Positions 19,998 through 29,307 of a stretch of DNA of 58,287 nucleotides are shown here, piece after piece (positions within the stretch are counted from its first letter, which is position 1; every line of letters begins with the position of its first letter). The DNA comes from Actinomycetota bacterium (GTDB lineage: Bacteria; Actinomycetota; Acidimicrobiia; IMCC26256; VFJJ01). A program made the translations under genes and the position numbers. The notes beneath the pieces are model-generated. The model made no database searches. It saw only the letters and a list, made by a program, of their open reading frames with translations, and had not been told where the DNA came from. The stretch spans positions 1-58,287 of the forward strand of contig VFJJ01000057.1 in the NCBI GenBank assembly GCA_009886115.1. The letters run 5' to 3'.

Positions 19998-21095
19998 TCA
20001 CCCCGAGCGTTCGCACATTCCGTAGCCCGGTTCGCCGTCGCACTCGAAGCTGGCGAGCGACTGGCTCATCACCCGCGCCGCATCGGGTCGGAGGCCGAGT
20101 GCCCCGGCGGCCGCGGCCGCTGCCCCCATGGGCCTCGATCCCAGCTCGCCCAGACCGCCGAGACCCATCGACGTCCACACGGTTCGGTCGTCGCGTCCCG
20201 TGAGCCGGGTGAGGCCGAGGCTGTCGCAGGCCACTTCGACCACGAAGTCGGCCCGGGGATCGTCGCGGTTCACAGGCGGTGCGTAGATGATGCGGTTGGG
20301 GTGCACGGTCTCACCGTCCCACACGTAGGCCTCGCTGAACGCGTAGCCGCCCGAGGCGCCGTGGCGCATGTGACACTGCAGCCCAACGGCCCGTCCGCTC
20401 TCAGGGAACACGGCGCCGATCCACGTGTGGGCCTTGAAGCCTTCGAGGATCCGGACCCCACGCACGTGCCCCCGAAGGCCGTGCGCGTTGAACTCGTGGG
20501 CCGTGCGGTCGACCACGATGGTTCCCGTCGCCGAGATCGCCTGGTCGTAGCGAAACGCCGATCGCGACATGCCCGCCGTGAGACGACCGGCGATCCAGAG
20601 CCCGGCTGGCCCCTTCATCGCCTCGGCGGCCTCGGGCAGCAGCGAACCCTGCAGCCAGATGGGAGCCACTGTCGTGGCTTCGACATCGAGCGAGACGCGG
20701 ACCGTCGCCCCGTGGCTGACATCGCCCGTGGCGTGCTCGGCGTCGCTGCTCGTGGTGAGCGGGAAGTCGCGCAGCTGATAGGCCCAGCGCCGAAAGGGCT
20801 CGATGCAGTGGTAGCGCACGTGTGCCGTCTCGGGGGCGTCGGACCGGAGGATGGGCGCAGGATCGGGGCCTCCGGAGAGGATGCGCCCGTCGGGCAGGAA
20901 CACCACAGCGCGGCCCTGGGCCTCGCCGTCGTGCGCATGGATGCGCAACTCCACGCCGAGGTTGCGAGCCTTGTCGTGCAACCACACCACGAAGGTGTCG
21001 ATGACGGCCGGGTCGTCGGGGTGCGCCGCGGTGAGCGCATGGTCGTCGGTGGGCTCTCGCCCACTGGCGAACGGATCACTCGAGGGAGGCGCCAT
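19998..21095 (-). CDS. Conserved hypothetical protein (beta-barrel, DUF7064/7065-like, tentative)
   Basis: AGGAG RBS; coding-like composition; motifs CIEPFRRW, RYDQ..GTI, GLRGHVRGVR resemble the protein at 28336. Confidence 0.65.
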   Translation of the reverse strand: MAPPSSDPFASGREPTDDHALTAAHPDDPAVIDTFVVWLHDKARNLGVELRIHAHDGEAQGRAVVFLPDGRILSGGPDPAPILRSDAPETAHVRYHCIEPFRRWAYQLRDFPLTTSSDAEHATGDVSHGATVRVSLDVEATTVAPIWLQGSLLPEAAEAMKGPAGLWIAGRLTAGMSRSAFRYDQAISATGTIVVDRTAHEFNAHGLRGHVRGVRILEGFKAHTWIGAVFPESGRAVGLQCHMRHGASGGYAFSEAYVWDGETVHPNRIIYAPPVNRDDPRADFVVEVACDSLGLTRLTGRDDRTVWTSMGLGGLGELGSRPMGAAAAAAGALGLRPDAARVMSQSLASFECDGEPGYGMCERSG

Positions 21096-21963
21096 GTGGA
21101 TCTCCTGTCGCTTGGTGCCCAGTGACCGGGTCACCCGTCGCGCTCGGTCGACCCGGTGCGATCGGTGCGTTCGACGGGAGCAGGCGGAGATCCTCGGTCC
21201 ACACCGGCGAGATCAGCACCCGGAGCACCTCGTCGGCCACCTCGGCCGGCGTCATCTCGCTGGCGCGGGCCTGCCCTCGTCCGGCTCGGGCCTCGAAGAA
21301 GCCGGCGAGCGCAGCCGGGTCCCAGGCCGAGGCGAACTCGGTGCCGCTGGTGGGCCCGACGACGATGCGCAGGAAGGCGATCGTCGGGTGCTCGTTGCGC
21401 CAACCTCGGATCATCGCGTCGAGCGCCGCCTTGCTCGACCCGTACGGGACCAGAGCCGGGCGGGGATCTTCACTCGACACCGACGAGAGGTACGCGGCCC
21501 GTCCGTGACTCTCGGCGAGATGGTCGATGGCCGCTCGGGTCACGAGCGCGGCACCCACGACGTTGGTCTCGAGCACGGTTCGCCAAACGTCACCGTCGGT
21601 CGTCCTCAACGTGGACAAGGTCGAGACCCCGGTCGCGTACACGAGGGCGTCGAGGCCGCCGAGCGCGTTCAGTGCTTCGTCGACGAGACGGTCGCAGTCG
21701 TCGTCGCGGCGCACATCGGCGGTGATCGCGGTGATCGCAGGCGCGGGGAAGGGTGTCGCTTCCGGTCGATCGTCGGGAGCCCGAGCACGGGCACTCGCGA
21801 CTGCCGCTGCTTGCGCGCCAAGGGACTGCAGGCGATCGGTCCGCCGACCTGCGGCAGCCACGTGAGCACCCCGGGCCGCGGCGGCCACGGCGATGGCCCG
21901 TCCGATGCCCGACGACGCCCCCACGACCAGCAACCGCACGCCCGCCAGACCCGCCGTGCTCAC
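21076..21963 (-). CDS. SDR oxidoreductase
   Basis: VGASSGIG; YGSSK. Confidence 0.88.
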   Translation of the reverse strand: MSTAGLAGVRLLVVGASSGIGRAIAVAAAARGAHVAAAGRRTDRLQSLGAQAAAVASARARAPDDRPEATPFPAPAITAITADVRRDDDCDRLVDEALNALGGLDALVYATGVSTLSTLRTTDGDVWRTVLETNVVGAALVTRAAIDHLAESHGRAAYLSSVSSEDPRPALVPYGSSKAALDAMIRGWRNEHPTIAFLRIVVGPTSGTEFASAWDPAALAGFFEARAGRGQARASEMTPAEVADEVLRVLISPVWTEDLRLLPSNAPIAPGRPSATGDPVTGHQATGDPHGASLE

Positions 21964-23147
21964 GTGAGCTCGAGATACGGAGCGAAGCGCTCGCGGTAGA
22001 AGCCGAACCGTCGCCCCATCAGCTCGGGGTCGAGGCCGAAGTCGCTGGCGACGTAGGTGTGCCCGCCGTGCTGGTCACGGGGGTTGGCCGCCCACCACGC
22101 TCGCATCCGCGCCTCGGCATCGGGGCTCAACGGGGTCCCGAGCCACTTGTAGAGCCCGTGGACGGCGGCCACGGGATCGCGCTGGAACGCCGTGAACCCG
22201 ATGTCGTGGAAGCGGTGGTCGCGACCGGCATCGCGGAACGCGACCAGCCGCTCCATCGCGACCGTCCAGTGATGCGCGTTGAGCCTCCCGGCCTCGACCG
22301 GATCGACGTTCGTGGTGAGCATCTGCCTGACCTCGACGTAGAGATCGGCCACCGACGGCAACACGCTGGCCACGTCGCGATGGGTCATGACGAAACGGGT
22401 CTCGGGAAAGACCTTCTCGCGGTCGGCGAGAAAGAGCATGTGCGTGGGGCTCTTGAGTCGCCAGCTCTGGCGTGGGCGTCGCCACTGCAGCAGCTTGAGC
22501 GCCCGCTTCTCGTAGCGGTACATGGGCTCCATGTCGCAGTCGAGCAGCCAGTCGCTGTAGGTGGGGATGCTCACGAACGCTTGGAACGACTGGGCCTTGA
22601 ACTCCAAGCCCATCAGGTGGTGGTCTTCGTCGGGCCCGGTCGCCGACTGCGGCAGCATCGACTTGAGGCGAGGAGCCATGTGGTCCTGCGCCGCGATCTC
22701 GGCTGCAGCCGCGGCGATGCGTTCCTCGTCGGCCTCGGCCGACACGCCGGGGGGAGGGCACGGAGCCGATGCCTCCCACACGGTGAGGCATCGGGCCGAC
22801 GGATCCTGCGCCAGCATGAACGCCAGCGCCGTCGATCCGGTTCGGGGCAGGCCCAGCCCGAGCAGCTCGATCGTGACGTCCTGCTCGTCGATCTCGGGAT
22901 GACGGGCGTACCAGTCCTCGATGCGCAGCCGGTTGGCGAGCAGCCGGCTGAGCATGCCGTAGAAGGCGTCCTCGCCGAAGGGGTTGAACGACACCTCGGC
23001 CTCGACCGACCGCACCAGGACCTCGAGGCCCTCGCGCCAGGTGTCGCCCCCGAAGTCGGCGAGACCGGTCGAGCTGCGGGCCCCGTCGACCAGCAACTCG
23101 ATCCGGGATCTCACCGAGGACGCGCCCGGCGAAGTTGGCCAGCTCAT
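21960..23147 (-). CDS. Sulfotransferase (actinobacterial Stf-like)
   Basis: GLPRTGSTAL (5'-PSB), LKSPTH, MTHRD..S (3'-PB). Confidence 0.9.
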   Translation of the reverse strand: MSWPTSPGASSVRSRIELLVDGARSSTGLADFGGDTWREGLEVLVRSVEAEVSFNPFGEDAFYGMLSRLLANRLRIEDWYARHPEIDEQDVTIELLGLGLPRTGSTALAFMLAQDPSARCLTVWEASAPCPPPGVSAEADEERIAAAAAEIAAQDHMAPRLKSMLPQSATGPDEDHHLMGLEFKAQSFQAFVSIPTYSDWLLDCDMEPMYRYEKRALKLLQWRRPRQSWRLKSPTHMLFLADREKVFPETRFVMTHRDVASVLPSVADLYVEVRQMLTTNVDPVEAGRLNAHHWTVAMERLVAFRDAGRDHRFHDIGFTAFQRDPVAAVHGLYKWLGTPLSPDAEARMRAWWAANPRDQHGGHTYVASDFGLDPELMGRRFGFYRERFAPYLELT

Positions 23148-23359
23148 GGTCGGTCCTCACTCGTGCGTGGTCGAGGCTCGAGATCGCGGCCGCTCACGGG
23201 AATCGCCCATGGTGACCGCACTCGGGAGCGTAATCATCGCGTCGACCGAGGTGCTCGTGACCGAACCGCCGCGACCGCTGCTGCCCGACGGTACGGTCGC
23301 GCCCCCTGAACCCGCCTGATGTGGGAGCCTTCGGGCTCTCGTGAACAAGGAGCACCACC

Positions 23360-23935
23360 ATGGAAGCTCGCATCGGCATCGCTCCCGACGTGAGCGTCGA
23401 GGTCGCCGAGCTGCTCGCGCTGGCGTCGGCGCCCAACCGGGGGACCCCGGGCACCATCGAGGTGCTCGCCCATCGGCCGCCGATGCTCGGCTCGTTCCTC
23501 ACCTGGGCCCGGGTCCTGGCCCGCGATGGCGTCCTGAGCCGCCACGACCACGAGATCCTGGCTCTCCGGGCGTCGCTCAACTGCCGCTCCCCGTTCGAGT
23601 GGGGCGAGCACCTGATCTTCGCCCGGGGCGCCGGGCTGAGCGACCACGACGTTGACGCCATCGTCGTCGGGCCCGATGCTCCGGGGTGGGAACCGCACGA
23701 GGCGGCCCTGCTGCGTGCCGCCGACCAGCTCCACCACGGGTTCGAGATCGACGATGCCACCTGGGCCGAGCTCGCGGGCCGATACGACGAGGGTCAGCTG
23801 GTCGAGATCGTCTACGTCGTCGGGCAGTACACGATGCTGTCGATGGTGGCCAACGGGTTGCGGGTGTCGGTGCCCGAGACGTTCAGACCGCTGCCACACG
23901 CCTGTGGTCGAGCCGACGCCGCGACCGCGTCGTGA
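23360..23935 (+). CDS. Carboxymuconolactone decarboxylase/AhpD-like protein
   Basis: EILALR..FEWGEH..GLS..EIVYVVGQY; AAGGAG RBS. Confidence 0.85.
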   Translation: MEARIGIAPDVSVEVAELLALASAPNRGTPGTIEVLAHRPPMLGSFLTWARVLARDGVLSRHDHEILALRASLNCRSPFEWGEHLIFARGAGLSDHDVDAIVVGPDAPGWEPHEAALLRAADQLHHGFEIDDATWAELAGRYDEGQLVEIVYVVGQYTMLSMVANGLRVSVPETFRPLPHACGRADAATAS

Positions 23936-24924
23936 CGTGGCGGGACGTCGTCGACCGGGTGATCGAGGGGCCGGTCGTGACGAGCTACACCCGTGTCGGG
24001 TCGGCCGTGAGGAGCCGGCTCGACGAGTGGCGCACGCTCGACTCGTACGATCTCGAGGGCCGGACCGTCGTGCTCACCGGGGCGACGTCGGGCCTGGGTC
24101 TGGCTGCGGCACGACAGCTCGCACGCTGCGGGGCAACCCTGGTGCTCGTCGCCCGCAACCAAGCCAAGGCCGAGGGGGTGGCGAGAGACCTGGTCGATGT
24201 GGGCCTACGAGCTCCGGCGACGCCCCCCGTGGTGATCGTGGCCGATCTCGGATCGCTGGCCGACGTGCGCGCTGCGGCCGAGCAGATCGACGCCCGGTGT
24301 TCGCGCATCGACGCGCTCGTGCACAACGCCGGGACGCTGACTCCTCGACGTGAGCTCACAGCCGACGGGATCGAGTTGACCGTCGCCAGCCAGGTCGTGG
24401 GACCCTTCCTGCTCACCTGCTTGCTGCGCGATCTCCTCGTACGGTCGGCTGCGTCGGCCCCCGCTCGCGTCCTGACCATGTCGTCGGGAGGCATGTACAC
24501 CCAGCCGCTCGACGTGTCACAGCTGGAGATGGCCGCTCCCGGCTATCGCGGCTCGGTCGCGTACGCCAGGGCCAAGCGGGCTCAGGTGACCCTCAACGAG
24601 ATGTGGGGCGAGCGCCTCGCCGGGACGGGCGTGGTGTTCCACGCTCTGCACCCGGGGTGGGCCGACACGCCCGGGGTGCGTGAAGCCCTGCCCCGATTCC
24701 GGGTGATCGTCGGGCCCCTGCTGCGCTCGCCGGCCCAGGGTGCCGACACGCTGGTGTGGTTGGCAGCCGACGACGGAGCTCCGCTGGCCTCGACCGGCGA
24801 CTTCTGGCTCGATCGGCGGCGCCGCTCGATCCACCGTCTGCGATCGACGTGCCGCTCCGACACCCCGGAGGCTCGCCGCGAGCTCTGGGCGTGGTGCGAG
24901 AGCCACAGCGGCTGCACGGCCTGA
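23932..24924 (+). CDS. SDR oxidoreductase (DHRS12-like)
   Basis: TGATSGLG, HNAG, SSGGMY, YARAK, HPGWADTPG; GTGA overlap. Confidence 0.9.
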   Translation: MTWRDVVDRVIEGPVVTSYTRVGSAVRSRLDEWRTLDSYDLEGRTVVLTGATSGLGLAAARQLARCGATLVLVARNQAKAEGVARDLVDVGLRAPATPPVVIVADLGSLADVRAAAEQIDARCSRIDALVHNAGTLTPRRELTADGIELTVASQVVGPFLLTCLLRDLLVRSAASAPARVLTMSSGGMYTQPLDVSQLEMAAPGYRGSVAYARAKRAQVTLNEMWGERLAGTGVVFHALHPGWADTPGVREALPRFRVIVGPLLRSPAQGADTLVWLAADDGAPLASTGDFWLDRRRRSIHRLRSTCRSDTPEARRELWAWCESHSGCTA

Positions 24925-25139
24925 ACCTCGCTGGGCGTCGGCCGAAACAACGCACCGAACGCACGTGATCGCCAACCCGATCGGGTATCTCGCAGACCGC
25001 ACGACCTTCGATGATCTCCGAGCCGGTAGGGCGCCTCGGCCGATAGGGTGCGCCCGGTCGCGGAGCTTCCGTCCGGACGGCGGGCCCCGACCGATGCTGG
25101 CCGACCGGCCGACTGGCCGACGACTCGGGGGGTATCGGC

Positions 25140-26825
25140 GTGGTCACGAACGTGCTCCATCAACACAGCGGCCCCGGAGTCACCTGGTCGAGGGTCAACA
25201 TGGCCGAGACCGTCGTGGGGGTCCAGACCCCGCTGAGCTGGTGTTGTTGGGACGAATTCGGCGAGCGTGCGTTTCGGATCGGGTACCGCCAGCTCAAGCT
25301 CGTACCCAAGGCGTTCTTGGAGGTCCCGGCGTCGATCGACGAGCAGTTCACCGCGATCTTCTTCGGGCAGGGTGCCTGCAACCTCGACGCATTCCGGGTG
25401 GCGCTCGCCGCCATGCCGGGCAACACCGGCGAGGCCGCAGAGGCAGGATTCTTCTCCTCGGCCGACACGGCGGGGAAGCGCCGCCGCACGATGGAGTCGC
25501 GGTGGCGACAGCTCGTCGTGCTGGTCTGGCTGCCGATGTACGAGCTCGGTGTGGCCCACCGCCTGGCCCGCATCCGCGCCGCCAGTCGAGAGCACTGGCG
25601 GCAGTGTCGGAGCGAGCTGCCGACCGCCGACCGTGCTCTCGCCACACGCCGGCTGCACGAGGCGCTCGGGCAGGCCGCCGACGAGGTCGCGGCCCAGATC
25701 GCCGTCTCGACCTTGGTGGGTATGGCCCACGGTGCGATCCAGGCGCTTCTCGATCGGGTCGGTCGTCGCGATCTCGAGCTGGTGCTGATCGGCGGATACG
25801 GCCACACCGAGGAGCTCGACATCGCCGCGGCCATGTGGACGGTCGCCCGTCAGGGTGGCGATGTCAGGGAGTTCCTTGACGAGCACGGGTTTCACGGTCC
25901 TGCCGAGGGCGAGCTGTCGAGCTCCTCGTGGCGCGAAGAGGCCAGCCCGGTCGAGTCGCTCGTCGAGAGCTTCCGGGGCATGCCGGCCGACGCCGACCCG
26001 CGCACCGCCGAGCGGGCGGCGATCGCTGCGAGGGAACGGGCCGAAGCGACGATCCTGCAAGGCCTCAACGGTCTCGATCGCTGGAGGGGGCGCCGCATCC
26101 TGGCCAAGGGCCGGCGCATCATCCCCTTGCGGGTCGTGGCCAAGGCGGCGTTCACCCAGACGTTCGACGTTGCCCGTATCGCAGCTCGAGTCATCGGTGC
26201 GCACCTGGTGGCCGAGGGCCGCCTGGATGACAGCGAGGACGTGTTCTACCTCTCGCTGGCTGAGATCGACGATCGCCAGTTCCCGGGTGATCTCCGCGAG
26301 GTCGTAGCGCAGCGCCGTGGGGTGCGGGATTCCTACGCGCGCATCGAGCTTCCGCTGATGTGGACCGGGATGCCCGAGCCGCTCACGGTGGCGCACGATG
26401 CAGTGCCATCCCACGGGGCCCGCCCGGGAGACGACGCGCTCGTCGGCATCGGGGTGAGCGCCGGAATCGTGGAAGGGCCGGCCCATGTCCTCGCCGACCC
26501 GGGTGACCCGTCAGCCTTCACGCCCGGCGACATCCTCGTGTGTCACACGACCGATCCGAGCTGGACGAGCTACTTCCTCATGGCCAGCGGCGTGGTCATC
26601 GACATCGGCGGTACCCTCAGCCACGGTGCGATCGTTGCCCGGGAGCTGGGGATCCCATGCGTGATGAACTATCCCGGCACCCGTGTGCTGCAGACCGGTG
26701 ATCGCATCCGCGTCGACGGCACCGCCGGCACCGTGACCGTCATCACCCGGGTCGGTTCCACCGGGCCGGCGCCATTCGAGGGTCCGGGAGCGCCGGGCTC
26801 GCCATCAGCCGAGGAGAAGACCTGA
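25140..26825 (+). CDS. PEP-utilising enzyme mobile (phosphohistidine) domain protein, no ATP-grasp domain; paralog 1
   Basis: C-terminus GDILVCHTTDPSW..GGTLSHGAIVARELGIPCV..IRVDG; central GFHGPAEGELSSSSWRE and DVFYL. Confidence 0.88.
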   Translation: MVTNVLHQHSGPGVTWSRVNMAETVVGVQTPLSWCCWDEFGERAFRIGYRQLKLVPKAFLEVPASIDEQFTAIFFGQGACNLDAFRVALAAMPGNTGEAAEAGFFSSADTAGKRRRTMESRWRQLVVLVWLPMYELGVAHRLARIRAASREHWRQCRSELPTADRALATRRLHEALGQAADEVAAQIAVSTLVGMAHGAIQALLDRVGRRDLELVLIGGYGHTEELDIAAAMWTVARQGGDVREFLDEHGFHGPAEGELSSSSWREEASPVESLVESFRGMPADADPRTAERAAIAARERAEATILQGLNGLDRWRGRRILAKGRRIIPLRVVAKAAFTQTFDVARIAARVIGAHLVAEGRLDDSEDVFYLSLAEIDDRQFPGDLREVVAQRRGVRDSYARIELPLMWTGMPEPLTVAHDAVPSHGARPGDDALVGIGVSAGIVEGPAHVLADPGDPSAFTPGDILVCHTTDPSWTSYFLMASGVVIDIGGTLSHGAIVARELGIPCVMNYPGTRVLQTGDRIRVDGTAGTVTVITRVGSTGPAPFEGPGAPGSPSAEEKT

Positions 26826-27223
26826 TGTTGCCCCGCCAGCAGGTTGTCGACGCCGTCATCGAGGCCCATCATCGCTGGAACACGAGAGACCGGGAGGGCT
26901 GGATCGCCATGTGGCATCCCGACGCGGTCATCGACGATCCTGTCGGTGCCCCGACGAAACACGGTCTCGCGGCGGTCGAGCAGAGCTGGGAGGCTGGTTT
27001 CTCGCAAGAGCCGTGGTTCGTCGTGCCCGGCGAGATCCACGTGTGCGGCAACGCCGCCGCGTTCACGGCGTCGCACCTCAGCATCCTCGAAGGGCGACGT
27101 GTGCTCATGACCGATATCGAGATCTGGGAGTTGGCCGACGACGGCCGATTCATCCGCGTGAAGGCCTATTACGAGCCACTCTCGGGGACCCCCGATTACT
27201 TCCTCCCGAGCACGTCGGGCTGA
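26825..27223 (+). CDS. SnoaL/NTF2-like (ketosteroid isomerase-like) protein
   Basis: DAVIDDPVG; DDGRFIRVKAYY; translationally coupled. Confidence 0.8.
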   Translation: MLPRQQVVDAVIEAHHRWNTRDREGWIAMWHPDAVIDDPVGAPTKHGLAAVEQSWEAGFSQEPWFVVPGEIHVCGNAAAFTASHLSILEGRRVLMTDIEIWELADDGRFIRVKAYYEPLSGTPDYFLPSTSG

Positions 27224-28269
27224 TGGCCGCCGCGGGTTCGAGCCCGTTCGACGAGTTCCTCGCCGTAGCCGACGAGGGTCGAGATGCGTTGCTCGGCCGA
27301 TATCACGACCTCGACCCGATCGAGCGGGCCGACGCGGAAGCCTTCTGCGCGCAGGTGATCGAGACGGCGTTGCAGCTCGTCGCTGTCGACGGCGCCCGGC
27401 CGGCTTTCGTGCCGTGGCAGACCCCGACACGCCGTTACACCGATAATGGCCTCGACTCGGTGTACCGCATGGCCTTCGTCGACGACGAGCATCGCTACCT
27501 GATCTGCGGCACCCGTACCGACGAGTGTTACCTGTCGATCTCACTCTACGCCGCCGATTCCGGTCAGCCCGACCGTCAGGTCAGCAGCGCGAACCACCTC
27601 GATCTCGGTGTCGACAGAGGCCGGAGCTTCGAGATGGAGTTGGCGCCGGCGGATGGAGGCACGATCGTCATCACGAGGCAGTACGTGGTCGACCCGCAGG
27701 CCGACGTGACCCGCCTGTTCCGTATCGGAGTGGTGGCCGGACCGCCCCCGAGCCCGGCGTCTCAGACCGCGACTGACGCCGGATGGGGTCGTGCCGCAGG
27801 CCTCGTCCGAGCGCTCACGACGGAGCCCCCACTGCGTCACCCTCCCCCGCCCTGGGTGTCGCACACGGTCAACACGATGGGCGATCCCAGTGGTTGGGAG
27901 ACCGATCCTCTCCCGGGCCGCAGCGCCGTCGATCAACGCTACGCGTCGGGGCCCTTCGACCTGGGCGACGGCGAGGCCTTGGTGATGGAGACCCGACTCC
28001 CTCGATGCGCTTACGCCAGTGCGACCGCGTGGAACCGCTTCTCCCAGAGCGTCGATCAACGGTTCCACCGCTCGACGATCAATCAGCGAACGGCGGTGCG
28101 CTCGGCCGACGGACGTGTGCGCGTCGTGGTGGCGCCGCGCGATCCGGGCGTGGCCAACTGGCTCGATACCGGCGGCCGGACCCGGGGATCGGTCTTCTGG
28201 CGGTTCCTGCTGGCCGAGGAGCCCGCTGAGGCGATCTCGTGCGAGGTGCTCCCGATCGATCGGCTCTGA
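27223..28269 (+). CDS. DUF1214-like protein
   Basis: DNGLDSVY..YLICG; ADGRVRVVVAPRDPGVANWLDTGG..G..FWR. Confidence 0.78.
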   Translation: MAAAGSSPFDEFLAVADEGRDALLGRYHDLDPIERADAEAFCAQVIETALQLVAVDGARPAFVPWQTPTRRYTDNGLDSVYRMAFVDDEHRYLICGTRTDECYLSISLYAADSGQPDRQVSSANHLDLGVDRGRSFEMELAPADGGTIVITRQYVVDPQADVTRLFRIGVVAGPPPSPASQTATDAGWGRAAGLVRALTTEPPLRHPPPPWVSHTVNTMGDPSGWETDPLPGRSAVDQRYASGPFDLGDGEALVMETRLPRCAYASATAWNRFSQSVDQRFHRSTINQRTAVRSADGRVRVVVAPRDPGVANWLDTGGRTRGSVFWRFLLAEEPAEAISCEVLPIDRL

Positions 28270-28335
28270 CGAGCACGGGTCGCTCCAGGCGTGAGCCCTC
28301 CACCGGAGCCTGTGACGGAGCCTCTGTCGGGGGCC

Positions 28336-29307
28336 TCAGGTGGGCCGGCGGGACTGTTCTCGGGCCTGGGCTCGGGCGAAGGCCCGGTAACGGTCGACGT
28401 GCCAGACGTCCTGGTCCTCTCCCCAGCCGACGGTCGAGACACCAGCTGAGCCCACGTACTCCCACCGGGTGAGGCTCACCCAGTTGAACATCCACGGGAT
28501 GTTGGTGAACGACGCCCGGTTCACGCACGTGCCCACCGCTTCGACGCGCCGGCCCAGCGAGTCGACCGCCCGCACGACGACGCGACGCGGCCACAGGCCG
28601 TCACGCTCGACGGTCCTCGTGCCGCTCACCAGGGCCGCCGCCTCGCCGTCGCGCCAGAGGTAGCCCATGACGACGGGAGCGCCGGCCGTGTCCGGGAGCG
28701 AGAAGGCCAGGAACGCCGAGTCGGCGCACTGGGCATGGTCGTAGCCCATGCGCAACGTCGGGTCCTCGATTCGGGGGCCCCACGACCGATCCCGGATGGC
28801 GTAGCAATCGACCGGGATCTCCTCGCCGTGCAGAACCATGCGCCCGGTCACGTGGCCCGGTTGGTCGACGTGCGCCGAGAACAGGCCGGGGGGATCTCCG
28901 CGGCCGAGCACATGGGGCTCCATGACGGCCCGGAACTCCACGTCGATCGAGCAGTCGGGGTGGTCGTAGGTGACGTGGTACGCGCTGAGCGGTTCCAGGC
29001 AGCGCACACCGATCCCAAGGGGGAACTGGAAGTCACGCAGATCCCCGAGCTTCGGCAGGGGGAGGCTCCACTGGTAGTTCCAGTGGAGGCTGTCCCACGG
29101 GAGGCACCCGGTGTCGTCCCACACCATGACCCCTCCTCCGAAGATGCCCATGTTCGGGCGCACCCAGGGATAGACGTAGGCCTGGATCCGCCGCTCGGGC
29201 ACCGAGATCGAGAACCAGGTCGTCTCGCTCCACAGGGGGTCGTCAGAAGCTGGGGGATGGAAGTTGTCGTCGCTGGCGTCGAGCCGAACTCCCTGGTCGC
29301 CGTGCAT
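28336..29307 (-). CDS. Conserved hypothetical protein (DUF7064/7065-like, tentative)
   Basis: DDNFH..WSETTWF, CLEPL, HVDQPG, IRDRSWGPR; TGATG coupling. Confidence 0.72.
   Translation of the reverse strand: MHGDQGVRLDASDDNFHPPASDDPLWSETTWFSISVPERRIQAYVYPWVRPNMGIFGGGVMVWDDTGCLPWDSLHWNYQWSLPLPKLGDLRDFQFPLGIGVRCLEPLSAYHVTYDHPDCSIDVEFRAVMEPHVLGRGDPPGLFSAHVDQPGHVTGRMVLHGEEIPVDCYAIRDRSWGPRIEDPTLRMGYDHAQCADSAFLAFSLPDTAGAPVVMGYLWRDGEAAALVSGTRTVERDGLWPRRVVVRAVDSLGRRVEAVGTCVNRASFTNIPWMFNWVSLTRWEYVGSAGVSTVGWGEDQDVWHVDRYRAFARAQAREQSRRPT

Noticed and set aside
23190..23345. Possible riboswitch (hairpins GCGACCG/CGGTCGC and GAGCC-TTCG-GGCTC)
   Set aside because: Lacks the conserved core of TPP or other riboswitches I can recognise; an Rfam scan would be needed.
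24925..25139. Possible gene remnant (HVIANPIGYLADR)
   Set aside because: Too short, no start or RBS, no recognisable family.
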